The notes under the pieces: generated by a model | The model's database searches: none | What the model was told of the DNA's origin: nothing | The model's input: the letters and a program-made list of their open reading frames with translations, nothing else | Shown: one piece after another, positions 28,460 to 39,201 of the stretch | How positions within the stretch are numbered: the first letter of the stretch is position 1 | Layout: the number at the start of each line of letters is the position of its first letter | From: Candidatus Multivoradales bacterium | GTDB taxonomy: Bacteria; Acidobacteriota; Thermoanaerobaculia; Multivoradales; Multivoraceae | DNA length: 64,000 bases | Direction: 5' to 3' | Assembly (NCBI GenBank): GCA_965223325.1 | Contig: CBDCWI010000002.1 | Location: 128,001-192,000 of the forward strand | Translations under genes and position numbers: made by a program

Positions 28460-30859
28460 TCAGCCGGCGGGCGGTCGCCGCGGGCGGGCCGAGCGCGAAG
28501 ACGAACCACTCGAGCGGCTCGAGCTGCCTGAACGGCTCCGGGCTGCGGGTCGTGAGGAGCTCTGAGCGCGTGACGAGGACGCCCGCGAGCCGCTCGACGA
28601 GCGCGACGGGGCAGGGCGAGCCGAGCTGCGCGTCGAGCTCCGCGGCGGACTCGATGCCCGGCTACGAGACGCCGGCCGACTCGCTGGACGCGAAGCCGCA
28701 GGCCTCGGGCTCGAGCGTGTCGTCGAGGGTCTGGCTGCTGGCCGTGATGCGCTCGATCGCGCAGCCGGTCGCGAAGCGGGAGGTCTCGAGGTCGCGCTTG
28801 GGCGGGCTGCCGGCCGGGCAGCCTGGGGTGGGCGCGAGGTCGAACGCGCTCGCGATGGCGCCCGGGTTCGCGAGCCCGTCGATGGACTCGGACGGGCCGC
28901 GGGGCGGGAGTTACTCCGCGTGGTCGGCCTCGCGCTCGGTGGCCTGGCACTCGACCGCGAGGCTGGTGGGCGGCTGGTGCGCGGCCGTGCCTGGGAACTC
29001 GAGCGAGGACTCGGTCGTGGCGACGTTGGCCTGGCGGTCGGCGGACGAGTCGAAGTTGGACGCCGGGTCGTGGTCTGAGGGCGAGCGCTCGGTGGGCGGG
29101 TGGTGGTCCGGGGTCGACTCGGCGTTGCGACCCGCGGCGTCGTCGGGCGCGGCGTGGTCGGCCGGGTCGTCGGACGTGAGGTCGAAGGCCGCCTGGTCGA
29201 CGGACGTTCTGTCGAGCGTGCGCCGCTGCGCTGTGAGCGATCGCGAATCGGGTCGATCACCCGGCGGGCCGGTGAACGCTCACCGCGCTCTGCCGCGCTG
29301 CGACCGGCGGTTTCACGATCGACCTGCCCGCGGTTGCGCGACGTGGCGCCACGGTCGGTGCCCGTACCCTCGGCACGCGACCGGCTTCCCGTTCCAGGAC
29401 CGGCGATCGTCGGCCGCTGCCCGGGAGCCGTTCGAACAACTCGCGAGCCGCCGCGCGGGGTGACTGCGGGCGCACCGATGACGCGCGTGCCATCGCGCGA
29501 ATCGCGATTGGGGCGCTCGGCCACCAGAACGCGGTTCTGTACCTCGTCGGTGAGCTCGCGATCGCGGCGTACGAAGCTCGTGACGTCGGGCAGTTCGGCA
29601 CGGCCACGGTTGCCGTCGCGCGACCAGCGATCGCGCAGAACGTCCTGTCCTCGACGATCGCGAGCCTGCCTGATGTCGATGCCGCGGGTATCGGTGGTGA
29701 CGATGCCGTGGGGCCCACGCTCGTCTCGGTAGTGACGGCCGCGGCGGTGGTGTCGGTACTGGTCGCGGTAGCCGAGCCGGCCCGGTGGGCAGAAGACCCA
29801 GTTGTCGAAGTGCGACCAGCGGCCGCCGGCCCAACCGTAAATGCCGTGATAGAAGCCCCATGGATTGTAGGCGCGGCGATAGAAGCCGTGGTAGTAGCCC
29901 CAGGGTACCCAGGCGGTGTAGCTGTCACCCCAGTACCAATAGACGTGGGCAGGGGCGAAGCGGTAACCGGGGTACCACAGCCAACCGAAGCGTGGATGGA
30001 GGTCCCAAGAACCGTAGTGCCAGACCGAACTGGCCCACGGGTCGAGCGACACCCAGTACATTCCACTCGGGGTCGAGCGCCAGTAGCCACGCCGATAGGG
30101 CTGCCACTCGGCGGCTACCGCGGGGCGCCAGGCGCGTCCCTTTTCGACCGCGACCCAGTCGCCGTGCTGGTCGAGGTTGCTGACGCGGCCGGGAAGCGGT
30201 TCCTCGACGTACTCAGAAGATGTGAGGGTGATGTCCTGCCCAGCGGCCCAGATCTCGAACCCGGAGAGAGAGCCGGCGGAGACCAGTCGCGACGTGGCGT
30301 TCCTCGAACCTTCGATGTGCAGTTCTTCGCCAGCGCGTACGACCGAGGAGCCGCGACGGTCGACCACTTCGACGTAGCCCTCGCGCACGACGATCTGGGT
30401 CCACGAGTCGCCGGATGCCGAAACCATGATTTCGCTTGCACCATCGGCATAGATGCGACTGTTGCCGGTGTCGATCTCAGTGGGAACCTGGGTGGAGAGT
30501 CCATGGACCAGGTGGAGGCGGCCGCGCTCGAGACGCAGCGAGGTGCTCTGGTCGGAGCTCTCGGGCGTCCTGGCCAGGCGAACGAACTCGAGCATCGTGT
30601 CCTCGTCGACCGCCAGGCGGTCGCCGTCGGCGAGCAGGACTCCCAGCCGCGTCCCACGGTGCGTGTCGAGCCGGTCGCCAGGAAGGATCGGCAGATTGAT
30701 GGTGGCCTCGGCACGCTCTCCGGTGTCGCCCTCGACGAGGGTGGCGTCGCCATCGAGAGTGTGCACATACGAGTAGTAGGCCTCCTGTGCCTGGACGGCA
30801 GCTGCGAGAAGGCCGCTGGCGAGAAAGCCGGCAAACAGGCTGAGGACTTTGCGGTTCAT
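28460..30859 (-). CDS. Secreted FecR-like + DUF6600 protein with long R/S/P/T-rich tail
   Basis: Signal peptide AVQA|Q. FecR-like beta domain. LDQHGDW..WRP...WQPYRRGYW...WHYGSW...GWLWYPG..FAPAHVYW (DUF6600). Low-complexity C-terminus. Confidence 0.88.
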   Translation of the reverse strand: MNRKVLSLFAGFLASGLLAAAVQAQEAYYSYVHTLDGDATLVEGDTGERAEATINLPILPGDRLDTHRGTRLGVLLADGDRLAVDEDTMLEFVRLARTPESSDQSTSLRLERGRLHLVHGLSTQVPTEIDTGNSRIYADGASEIMVSASGDSWTQIVVREGYVEVVDRRGSSVVRAGEELHIEGSRNATSRLVSAGSLSGFEIWAAGQDITLTSSEYVEEPLPGRVSNLDQHGDWVAVEKGRAWRPAVAAEWQPYRRGYWRSTPSGMYWVSLDPWASSVWHYGSWDLHPRFGWLWYPGYRFAPAHVYWYWGDSYTAWVPWGYYHGFYRRAYNPWGFYHGIYGWAGGRWSHFDNWVFCPPGRLGYRDQYRHHRRGRHYRDERGPHGIVTTDTRGIDIRQARDRRGQDVLRDRWSRDGNRGRAELPDVTSFVRRDRELTDEVQNRVLVAERPNRDSRDGTRVIGAPAVTPRGGSRVVRTAPGQRPTIAGPGTGSRSRAEGTGTDRGATSRNRGQVDRETAGRSAAERGERSPARRVIDPIRDRSQRSGARSTERPSTRRPSTSRPTTRPTTPRPTTPRVATPSRPRTTTRPPSARPQTTTRRPTSTRPPTARPTSPRPSPRSSSQARPRTSRPPASRSSARPPSARPTTRSNSRPAARPSPSTGSRTRAPSRARSTSRPPQAARPAARPSATSRPPASRPAARSSASRPAARPSTTRSSPRPAASRPASRPASRSRASSPPRSSTRSSARPAPSRSSSGSRASSSRAQSSSRPAARSRSGSSSRSSGSSSRSARPRRPPAG

Positions 30860-31119
30860 GACTTGGGGATCTCCCTGACTGGTCTCTGGCGAAAACGAAG
30901 CCTAGCAACAAGGCCTGGAGCGTTCGCCTGCCACTCTCTGTGCAAGCGGCTCGCCAGGAGCATCGCAACCCCAAATGCCCGAAGAATCAGTGCTTTGCCG
31001 CGGTGCCAGGGACTGCGGAAAGTTGCGGCCGCGTCCTCGACCCAGGACAGCGCGTCATCGTGGAGGACGGTGATCCTGAGGCTCAGTGGAGGTGTGGCCA
31101 CAGAAATACAATAAAAAGA

Positions 31120-31148
31120 TTGATATAGAGGAATACAAGTAATACAAT
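31120..31148 (+). promoter_or_regulatory. sigma70-type promoter for the M6 protease gene
   Basis: TTGATA-N17-TACAAT in an AT-rich island, with an A-rich UP-like tract upstream. Confidence 0.75.
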
Positions 31149-31210
31149 TTTGCTCCGAATGGGTGTCGTTCGCACGCCCTTCTCGTGTCCATTGTTCTCC
31201 GGGGTCTGCC

Positions 31211-34200
31211 ATGACGTTCTCTCCGTGCCGCTCGCTCGCTCTGTGTTCCCTTGCTCTCGCCCTTTTGTCGACTGCACCGGCTGCAGAGGCCTCGGTTCCC
31301 GCCGCGCCAGTCGTTGCCCAGGTCAGCCAGCCCGATGGGACAACGATCTCGATCATGCAGAAGGGCACCCGGCAGCGGAACTGGTACACGACCGTCGATG
31401 GTTACGCCATCGTCCAGTCGAATGACGGCTGGTGGCGCTACGCCCAACCGTCCGCCGGTGGTGCACTCGAGGCAACCGCCATGCGTGTCGGTCTCGACGA
31501 CGCGAGCGCCCGGCAGCAGCTCTCGATCGGTCTGGTGCCCGGGTTGGACAACGGCGAACCGGGAGATCTCCACATTCCGCGTCGGGTTCGGCCGCCGGGC
31601 CGTTCGGGCACGGTCACGCAGCCGGTGTTGACGATCATTGTCTCCTTCCAGGACATCTCGACGATCTACAGCGATGCGTCGTTCCAGTCGCTGATCTACG
31701 GTGCGACCGACAGCGTCAAGGATTACTACGACGAGATTTCCTACGGCAACTTCAACATCGTACCGGCCAACGAGACAGAAGGGACCGCAAACGACGGGGT
31801 GGTGGCTGTCACTCTGGGGATCAACCATCCCAATCCGGGTTCAGGTGGTTCGGCGGCAATCGTCTCGGCTGCGTTCGCAGCCGCCGACCCGTACATCGAT
31901 TACTCCGCCTACGACGACAACGGTGACGGGGAGATATCAGTCGGCGAGCTGAGCATTATGCTGATCGCCGCTGGATGGGAAGCGGCCTTTGCCCCCAACT
32001 CGGATCCCAAGGTCTGGGGTCACAAGTCTGCGATTGCAGACCAGACGCACGATTCGGTCATCCTCAGCAGCTACTGCATTTTCGGTGAGCGGCAGAGTTC
32101 TCATCAGGCGACCATCGGCATCATGGTTCACGAACTCGGCCATCTGATGCTCGGCTTGCCTGACCTCTACGATACCGATGCGACGAACGGCGACTCGGAG
32201 GGAATCGGTCGGTGGGGTGTGATGGGGAGTGGCAGCTGGCTCGGCAGCACCTACAGCGGCGACACACCGGGAAACATGGTGGGTTGGGCGAAGGCCAAGG
32301 TGGGGTTCATCGCCCCTTCGGATGTAACGGCAGCAAACGATCTGGTGATCCAGCCGGCTGACAGCAGCGCGTCGTACAAGCGGGTGTGGACCGACCCCTA
32401 CAAGCTCTCGACCTACTTCCTTCTCGAGGCGAGACGCGCTTCGGGCTACGACAGCGAGCTGCCTGGCACCGGACTCTTGATCGCCCACGTCGACGAACAG
32501 GCTGGGAGCAACAAGGACGAGACGCACAAGATGGTCGACATCGAGGCTGCCGACGGCAATCTCGATCTCGACAACGAAGTCAACCGCGGCGACGACGGCG
32601 ATCCCTACCCGGGGAGCTCGAACAACACTGCGTTCAACAACACGAGTAACCCGAACAGCAAGCGCTACGACGGCAGCGCATCGGGAGTTACCATCGACGA
32701 CATCACGTCAGTCGCCGGTGGAGCGATGTCGGTGGACATCAGCAGCACGGTCGCAGCGGGTGATCACCTGCGCTACGACCAGGGGTTTGGCGGTCTGGCG
32801 CGTGGTTGGGGCAGCAACGTCTTGTGGACAGCGGGCCGCTTCACCAACAACACATCGATGGATCTCCTCGATGGCGTCGAGGTGTACTTCAATCCCAACG
32901 ACGACTCCGACTTCACGATCGATCTCTACGTCTACGAGTCGATTCCTTCCGGCGTGCCGACCAACCTGCTCTATCAGGAGAACGGCTTCGATGTGGTCGC
33001 CGGGACTGTTCGTCTGATGCTCTCGACTCCTCAGGCTTTTCCAGCCGCGAGTGACCGGGTGATCGTCTTGAGGGTGGAGGGTGACAATGCCGGGACCAAC
33101 ACATGGGGATGGCACGATGCGACGGGGGCGGCTTCGAGCGGGCGCTTTTACCATGACGCCAACGGCGCCGGAACCTTCTCGAGTCTCGCAGCCTACGGCG
33201 ATCTGCTCCAGCGCGCCCTCCTGGGACAAACCGCGCAGAACACCCTGACCGTCACCAGGGCGGGGACCGGCAGCGGGACCGTGACCAGCTCACCCGCCGG
33301 AATCAACTGCGGCGCCGACTGCGACGAGGACTACACGGCCGGCTCCAGCGTGACCGTGACCGCCACGGCGAACACTGGTTCGAGCTTCGCAGGTTGGACT
33401 GGCGACGCTCAGTGCGTCACCGCCAACGCCGCCACCACCGTCACGATGTCGGCGGATGTCGACTGCACCGCCACGTTCAATCTCGAGGAGCACACCCTGA
33501 CCATTGCTCTTGGCGGCACCGGCGGCGGCTCCGTCAGCAGTTCACCGAGCGGTATCAACTGTCCAGGTGACTGTTCCGAGGCCTACGACCACGGTTCGTC
33601 GGTCACCCTGACGGCGGCTGCCGACGGCAGTTCGGCCTTTAGCAGCTGGAGCGGCGCCTGTTCGGGAAGCAACGTCCAGGCGACCGTGACCATGAACGCG
33701 GCAGCTAGCTGCACGGCGGACTTCACTGCCACTCACAACACCTTGACGGTGACCCGCACCGGCGCCGGCGCCGGCACGGTCGTCAGTTATCCATCAGGGA
33801 TCAACTGCGGAGCCGACTGCACCGAACTCTACGCCGCGGCGACCGTTGTCGTGTTGGATCCCATCGCCTCCTCGGGCTCACACTTCGTGGGTTGGTCGGG
33901 CGACGCCGACTGTCTCGATGGGCAGGTATCGATGTCGGCCGCTCCGACCTGTAGCGCGCAGTTCTCGCTCGACGCAGTGCTCGATCAAGGCGCCGTCTTC
34001 TACACCTCGGAGGCCAACTGGTCTTCGCGGGTGCGAGACATCGAACTCTTCGACACTACCGGCGTCAATGTCGCCCTGGCCGATGAGATTGCGGTGTCGC
34101 CGGCTCCGTCCAACACCTGGCTGGGTGACACCCTGACCTTCGACAGCGCCAACACCGGTCTCGCACGTTCCTTCGAGATCAAGGCTCTCGAGTACCTCGG

Positions 34201-37200
34201 CTATGCCGCCGGTTGGGCCTGGGATGACAACGAGCTCGCCCCGGACGATGTCCTCTCGCCCAACGATGTCAACAACGGTGAGGACGACGACGTCGAGTGG
34301 ACGTTCACCAGCGGCCCCGATTTGTACGCCTTTGGTTTCACCGTCTACGACAACAGTGGCGCAGCGGCGGGAGTCGAAGCAGTGCGGGTCTACGGCGCGA
34401 GTGACGAGCTGCTCGGTCACCTCGATCTGTCGCTGGTGACGTTCACCTCGAACACCTTCCTCGGTGTGATTACCGATACACCAATCCTGAAAGTCGTGTT
34501 CGATGAGGATCCCGGCGCCGACGATGTCGGGATCCGCGACTTCCGCTTTGCCGACGGCCGGGCAGCGACCGTGCTCTCGCAGGCTTTCGCGGGCACCACC
34601 GGCTTCGCCTCCGACGCCGGCTGTGACACGTGCACGGCGTCGAAGAAGAGCCTCGCCGAGAACTTCACCGTCACCGGTTCGAAGGCCATCGGCCAGGTCA
34701 TCCTTACCGGTGGCTACACCCCTTCCGGTGTCCTTCCGGGGTTCGACGACTTCGATGTGATCTTCAGGGCCGATGCCGGAGGGCTGCCGGGCGTGGCTCT
34801 GGCGACCGTCGCGGGCATTCCGGCGACCCCGCGGGTTGGCAGACCCGGCGCCTTTGACGACGAAGACTCAAACACCCTCGGAGAGTACGAGGTCACCTTG
34901 ACTTTGCCCGACCCGGTGGTCCTCGCAGCCGGGACCTACTGGGTCGAGGTCTTCGCCGACACCACTGGCAACGGCCGGGACTGGAGCTGGGCCACTGGGA
35001 CCCTGGCGGCGCCCGGAATTGCCGGCATGGCCGACGCCGACGGCGAAGCCCCGGGTGCTAGCTGGTCGGCCAAGGCCGGCGATCTGGCGATTCGCCTGGT
35101 CGCCGCTCGTGAACTACCGCTTCTGGCGGTCAACAAGACGGGCAACGGCGCGGGTACCGTCACCAGCGTCCCGGCGGGTATCGATTGCGGGGCCGACTGC
35201 ACCGAAAACCTGGTTCACGGCACGGCAGTTACCTTGACCGCCACCCCTGCCGTTGGTTCGGTGTGGGTCGGCTGGGGCGGCGACTGCTCGGGCGCTGCTT
35301 CGTCTGCTTCGGTGACGGTCGACCAGGCTCGTGCGTGTAGTGCGGAGTTCGATCTCACGCTGCACACGCTGTCGGTCACTACGGCGGGTGCCGGGGCCGG
35401 TTCGGTTTCGAGTCACCCGACCGGCATCGACTGCGGAGGCGACTGCAGCGAGGACTACCCCCATGGGACTCTGGTCACCCTGACAGCCGTTCCAGCGGTC
35501 GGTTCCGCGTTTGCCGGGTGGAGCGGAGCGTGCTCGGGCTCCGAGCTCAGCGCCTCGGTCACCCTCGATCAGGCTCGGTCGTGCACCGCCACTTTCGACG
35601 TGGCGCAGCACACCCTGTCGACGGTCCTGGCTGGAAATGGCGGAGGGAGTGTCGCCAGCGCACCAGCAGGAATCTCCTGCGGATCCGACTGCAGCGAGGA
35701 CTATGCGCATGGAGCCGAGGTCACACTCACAGCGACCGTTGATGCCGGCTCGTCGTTCAATGGCTGGTCTGGTGACTGCGCTGGGGCCCTGCTTTCCTCT
35801 GCGGTCACGATGTCGGAGGCCAGGAGCTGCACTGCCACCTTCAGCCTCGACCAGTACACCCTCACGGTCACCAAAGGCGGCGCCGGTTCGGGTTCCGTTA
35901 CCAGCGACCCCGCCGGAATCGATTGCGGCGCGGATTGTAGCGAGCTTTTCGACTACGGCACGCTGGTGACCCTGACCGCCGCGCCGGCGGTGGGCTCCGA
36001 GATCACCGCCTGGTCGGGTGCCTGCTCTGGCAGCGACACCAGCGCTCAGGTGAGCGTCGACCAGGCCAAGACCTGTCACGTCGACTTCGCCGTTCAGGTC
36101 TTCCAACTCACCACGAGCGTCACCGGAAGCGGTTCGGTGGCAAGCGCGCCCCTGGGCATTTCGTGTGGAGCGGATTGCAGCGAGTCGTACGACTACGGCA
36201 CCTCGGTCACCTTGACGGCAACGCCCGCAATCGGTTGGGACTTTGCAGGCTGGTCAGGCGACTGCTCGGGAACCGCGATCACCGACTCGGTGACCATGAC
36301 CGAGGCGCGGAGCTGTACCGCGACGTTCGAAATCGAAACGCACACACTCTCGGTCACCAAGTCCGGCAGCGGTTCGGGCGGGGTGTCGAGCTCTCCGGCG
36401 GGCATCTCGTGTGGCGTCGACTGCAGTGAAGACTACGACTACCAAACGGCAGTGACCCTGACAGCGAGTCCGGCGGTTGGATCAGACTTCGTCTCCTGGG
36501 CCGGTGACTGCAGCGGCACCGAGCCCAGCGCTCTGGTCACTGTCGATCAGGCTCGTTCGTGTAACGCCGCCTTTACTCTCGAAGCGTACGCTCTCGACGT
36601 GACTGCGGTTGGAAACGGCTCGATCACCAGCGTCCCGGCGGGAATCGACTGTGGCGCCGACTGCTCCGAGATCTATGACTACGGCACCGTGGTGACCCTG
36701 ACTGCCAACCCGGCTGAGGGCTATGAACTGACTGGCTGGAGTGGCGCCTGTTCAGGAACGAACAGCACCTTTGTGATCACGGTGACCGAAGCCAGGAGCT
36801 GTACGGCCACCTTCGCCCTCAAAACACACCCGCTCAACGTTTCAACGAGTGGCAACGGCTCGGGCACGGTTCTGAGCTCACCGCCGGGTATTGCCTGCGG
36901 TGCCGACTGCAACGAGACCTACGACCACGGAACCGTCGTTACGCTCACCGCAACGGCGGCAGAGGGGTCCGATTTCAGCGGCTGGTCGGGCCATTGTTCG
37001 GGCAGCAATGCAAGCGCCGAGGTGCTCATAGACGAGGCGCGTTCGTGCACCGCCGAGTTCACGCTCGAGCGCTATCCCCTGACCGTCAGTCGAACTGGAA
37101 GCGGTTCGGGTTCGGTCTCGAGTAGCCCGGCCGGGATCAGCTGTGGCGCCGATTGCAGCGAAGACTTCGACTACGGAACCAGCGTGACGCTCACCGCAGT

Positions 37201-38992
37201 GCCGGCCACCGGTTCGGACTTCACCAGCTGGGCAGGGGCCTGTGCCGGCGGCAACGCGAGTGTCGCCGTCACGGTAGACCAGGCGCGCTCGTGCACCGCA
37301 ACCTTCACCATCGAGAGTCACCAGCTGTCGACCGTTGTGGTGGGGAACGGCTCGATCACCAGCGACCCGAGTGGCATCGACTGTGGAGCAGACTGTGTCG
37401 AGACCTACGACTACGGGACCAGTGTGACGCTCACTGCCGTCGCTTCAGCGGGTCATGAACTGTCGGCCTGGAGTGGCGACTGCACCGGCACTGATCCGAG
37501 TGCGGTGGTGACCATGAGCGGGGCGCGTGCCTGTACGGCCACCTTCGTCCCGCAACAGCGGACGCTTTCCGTGACGCGAGTCGGCACTGGCTCAGGAACC
37601 GTCGCGAGCAGTCCGGCCGGGATCGACTGCGGAGAAGTGTGTTCTAGAGATTTCGATCTGGGCTCACAGGTGACCCTCACCGCGACGCCCGTGGTGGGCT
37701 CGACCTTCGACGGCTGGGCAGGCGCGTGCAGCGGCGGGGCGGCGAGTGTTCAAGTCACGATGGACGAGGCGCGTGCCTGTCTAGCCACCTTCACTCTCGA
37801 GACCTACACCCTTCTCGCGACGGTGGTCGGTAGCGGTTCGATGACCAGCAGCCCGGTCGGCATCGATTGTTCCCCGGCAGGGTCGCCGGGCGCCGACTGC
37901 TCCGAGAGTTACGACTACGGCACGGTCGTCACATTGACGGCTACGCCCTCGGCCAATCATGAGCTGTTGGGCTGGAGCGGCGATTGTTCGGGAGTCTCCT
38001 CCGTCGCCAACGTCACCCTGACGGAGGCCCGAGCATGTACAGCCACCTTTGCCCTGGTGCAGCACGCGGTCTCGATCACGGTTGCCGGGGCCGGTTCGGT
38101 TCTGAGCTCGCCGGCGGGGATCGACTGCGGTGCCCAATGTACAGCCGACTTCGATCACGGCACGAACCTCTCCTTGACCGCGACACCCGAGGCAGGGCAG
38201 TTGTTCGTGGGTTGGACTGGTGACTGCGCCGGAAGTTCGGCGATGACTTCGATCGAGGTCGGGGCCAGCCGGTTCTGCACCGCGACCTTCGCACCGGCCG
38301 ACTTCAGGCTCGATGTCACGCTCGCCGGGAGCGGGTCAGGTGCGGTGACCAGCGACCCCGCTGGAATCGAGTGCGCCTCTTCGGGGGCCGCGGGCGTCGA
38401 CTGCTCGGAAAGCTTCAGCTCTGGCTCTTTGGTTTCGCTCCAGGCAACGCCGGACGCTGGTTCGCTCTTCAGTCACTGGACCGGAGACTGCAGCGGATCG
38501 GATACAGCGGTTCAGGTTACCCTCGACGATGACCGCGCCTGCACCGCTACGTTCGAGGTCCAGCCCGGCCCCTCGTCACTGAAGATCAACTTGGCGGGGT
38601 CTGGTTCGGGCTCGGTGTGGAGCATCGATGCAAGTATCGACTGTGGGGATGACTGCGAGGACCTCGATGTCTCCAACGGTACCGAAGTCACCTTGTTTGC
38701 CTTCCCGGCCTTTGGTTCGACTTTCACCGGTTGGACGGGCGACTGCTCCGGCACGTCAATAGAGCTCGACATCGTGGTGTCGGGCGAAATGGTCTGTACG
38801 GCGATCTTCACCGAGGTCCTTTTCCAGGACGACTTCGAGTGGGGCGATACCTGCGACTGGTCGTCGGCGGTGGGCGGAGAGTGCGAGTTCGGTCGTCGGG
38901 AGACGACGGTCGCCGGCGAGCCCTCCAGGAAGGATGCCTGGGCGGAGCTCACAGGCCGCCAGCCACTCCTCGAGGCGACTCGAAACGACTGA
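31211..38992 (+). CDS. Secreted M6 (immune inhibitor A-like) metalloprotease with 18 Cys-rich InlB-B-like repeats
   Basis: Signal peptide. QPDGT propeptide. HELGHLMLGLPDLYD, WGVMGSGSW. 18 repeats of GxVxSxPxGIxCGxDCxExY...WSGxC...CTATF. C-terminal LFQDDFEWGDTCDWS. Confidence 0.92.
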   Translation: MTFSPCRSLALCSLALALLSTAPAAEASVPAAPVVAQVSQPDGTTISIMQKGTRQRNWYTTVDGYAIVQSNDGWWRYAQPSAGGALEATAMRVGLDDASARQQLSIGLVPGLDNGEPGDLHIPRRVRPPGRSGTVTQPVLTIIVSFQDISTIYSDASFQSLIYGATDSVKDYYDEISYGNFNIVPANETEGTANDGVVAVTLGINHPNPGSGGSAAIVSAAFAAADPYIDYSAYDDNGDGEISVGELSIMLIAAGWEAAFAPNSDPKVWGHKSAIADQTHDSVILSSYCIFGERQSSHQATIGIMVHELGHLMLGLPDLYDTDATNGDSEGIGRWGVMGSGSWLGSTYSGDTPGNMVGWAKAKVGFIAPSDVTAANDLVIQPADSSASYKRVWTDPYKLSTYFLLEARRASGYDSELPGTGLLIAHVDEQAGSNKDETHKMVDIEAADGNLDLDNEVNRGDDGDPYPGSSNNTAFNNTSNPNSKRYDGSASGVTIDDITSVAGGAMSVDISSTVAAGDHLRYDQGFGGLARGWGSNVLWTAGRFTNNTSMDLLDGVEVYFNPNDDSDFTIDLYVYESIPSGVPTNLLYQENGFDVVAGTVRLMLSTPQAFPAASDRVIVLRVEGDNAGTNTWGWHDATGAASSGRFYHDANGAGTFSSLAAYGDLLQRALLGQTAQNTLTVTRAGTGSGTVTSSPAGINCGADCDEDYTAGSSVTVTATANTGSSFAGWTGDAQCVTANAATTVTMSADVDCTATFNLEEHTLTIALGGTGGGSVSSSPSGINCPGDCSEAYDHGSSVTLTAAADGSSAFSSWSGACSGSNVQATVTMNAAASCTADFTATHNTLTVTRTGAGAGTVVSYPSGINCGADCTELYAAATVVVLDPIASSGSHFVGWSGDADCLDGQVSMSAAPTCSAQFSLDAVLDQGAVFYTSEANWSSRVRDIELFDTTGVNVALADEIAVSPAPSNTWLGDTLTFDSANTGLARSFEIKALEYLGYAAGWAWDDNELAPDDVLSPNDVNNGEDDDVEWTFTSGPDLYAFGFTVYDNSGAAAGVEAVRVYGASDELLGHLDLSLVTFTSNTFLGVITDTPILKVVFDEDPGADDVGIRDFRFADGRAATVLSQAFAGTTGFASDAGCDTCTASKKSLAENFTVTGSKAIGQVILTGGYTPSGVLPGFDDFDVIFRADAGGLPGVALATVAGIPATPRVGRPGAFDDEDSNTLGEYEVTLTLPDPVVLAAGTYWVEVFADTTGNGRDWSWATGTLAAPGIAGMADADGEAPGASWSAKAGDLAIRLVAARELPLLAVNKTGNGAGTVTSVPAGIDCGADCTENLVHGTAVTLTATPAVGSVWVGWGGDCSGAASSASVTVDQARACSAEFDLTLHTLSVTTAGAGAGSVSSHPTGIDCGGDCSEDYPHGTLVTLTAVPAVGSAFAGWSGACSGSELSASVTLDQARSCTATFDVAQHTLSTVLAGNGGGSVASAPAGISCGSDCSEDYAHGAEVTLTATVDAGSSFNGWSGDCAGALLSSAVTMSEARSCTATFSLDQYTLTVTKGGAGSGSVTSDPAGIDCGADCSELFDYGTLVTLTAAPAVGSEITAWSGACSGSDTSAQVSVDQAKTCHVDFAVQVFQLTTSVTGSGSVASAPLGISCGADCSESYDYGTSVTLTATPAIGWDFAGWSGDCSGTAITDSVTMTEARSCTATFEIETHTLSVTKSGSGSGGVSSSPAGISCGVDCSEDYDYQTAVTLTASPAVGSDFVSWAGDCSGTEPSALVTVDQARSCNAAFTLEAYALDVTAVGNGSITSVPAGIDCGADCSEIYDYGTVVTLTANPAEGYELTGWSGACSGTNSTFVITVTEARSCTATFALKTHPLNVSTSGNGSGTVLSSPPGIACGADCNETYDHGTVVTLTATAAEGSDFSGWSGHCSGSNASAEVLIDEARSCTAEFTLERYPLTVSRTGSGSGSVSSSPAGISCGADCSEDFDYGTSVTLTAVPATGSDFTSWAGACAGGNASVAVTVDQARSCTATFTIESHQLSTVVVGNGSITSDPSGIDCGADCVETYDYGTSVTLTAVASAGHELSAWSGDCTGTDPSAVVTMSGARACTATFVPQQRTLSVTRVGTGSGTVASSPAGIDCGEVCSRDFDLGSQVTLTATPVVGSTFDGWAGACSGGAASVQVTMDEARACLATFTLETYTLLATVVGSGSMTSSPVGIDCSPAGSPGADCSESYDYGTVVTLTATPSANHELLGWSGDCSGVSSVANVTLTEARACTATFALVQHAVSITVAGAGSVLSSPAGIDCGAQCTADFDHGTNLSLTATPEAGQLFVGWTGDCAGSSAMTSIEVGASRFCTATFAPADFRLDVTLAGSGSGAVTSDPAGIECASSGAAGVDCSESFSSGSLVSLQATPDAGSLFSHWTGDCSGSDTAVQVTLDDDRACTATFEVQPGPSSLKINLAGSGSGSVWSIDASIDCGDDCEDLDVSNGTEVTLFAFPAFGSTFTGWTGDCSGTSIELDIVVSGEMVCTAIFTEVLFQDDFEWGDTCDWSSAVGGECEFGRRETTVAGEPSRKDAWAELTGRQPLLEATRND

Positions 38993-39201
38993 AATCGCAG
39001 GCCGCTCGGGCAGCGAGCCCGCCGGGTCCCAGGTAAGCGGAGCCTGTCGTGGGGCTCCGGTGAATCCGGAGCTTTGCGTGATATCGTATTGGTGGCTGGT
39101 TCCGTCGAGATGGTCTCGCGGGCGCAGCATGTCAGCTCACAGCTTGTGTTCCCCGGCCACCGGGCGGGGAGCGACGTTGGCTCTGGAGGGGCCATCGCAC
39201 G

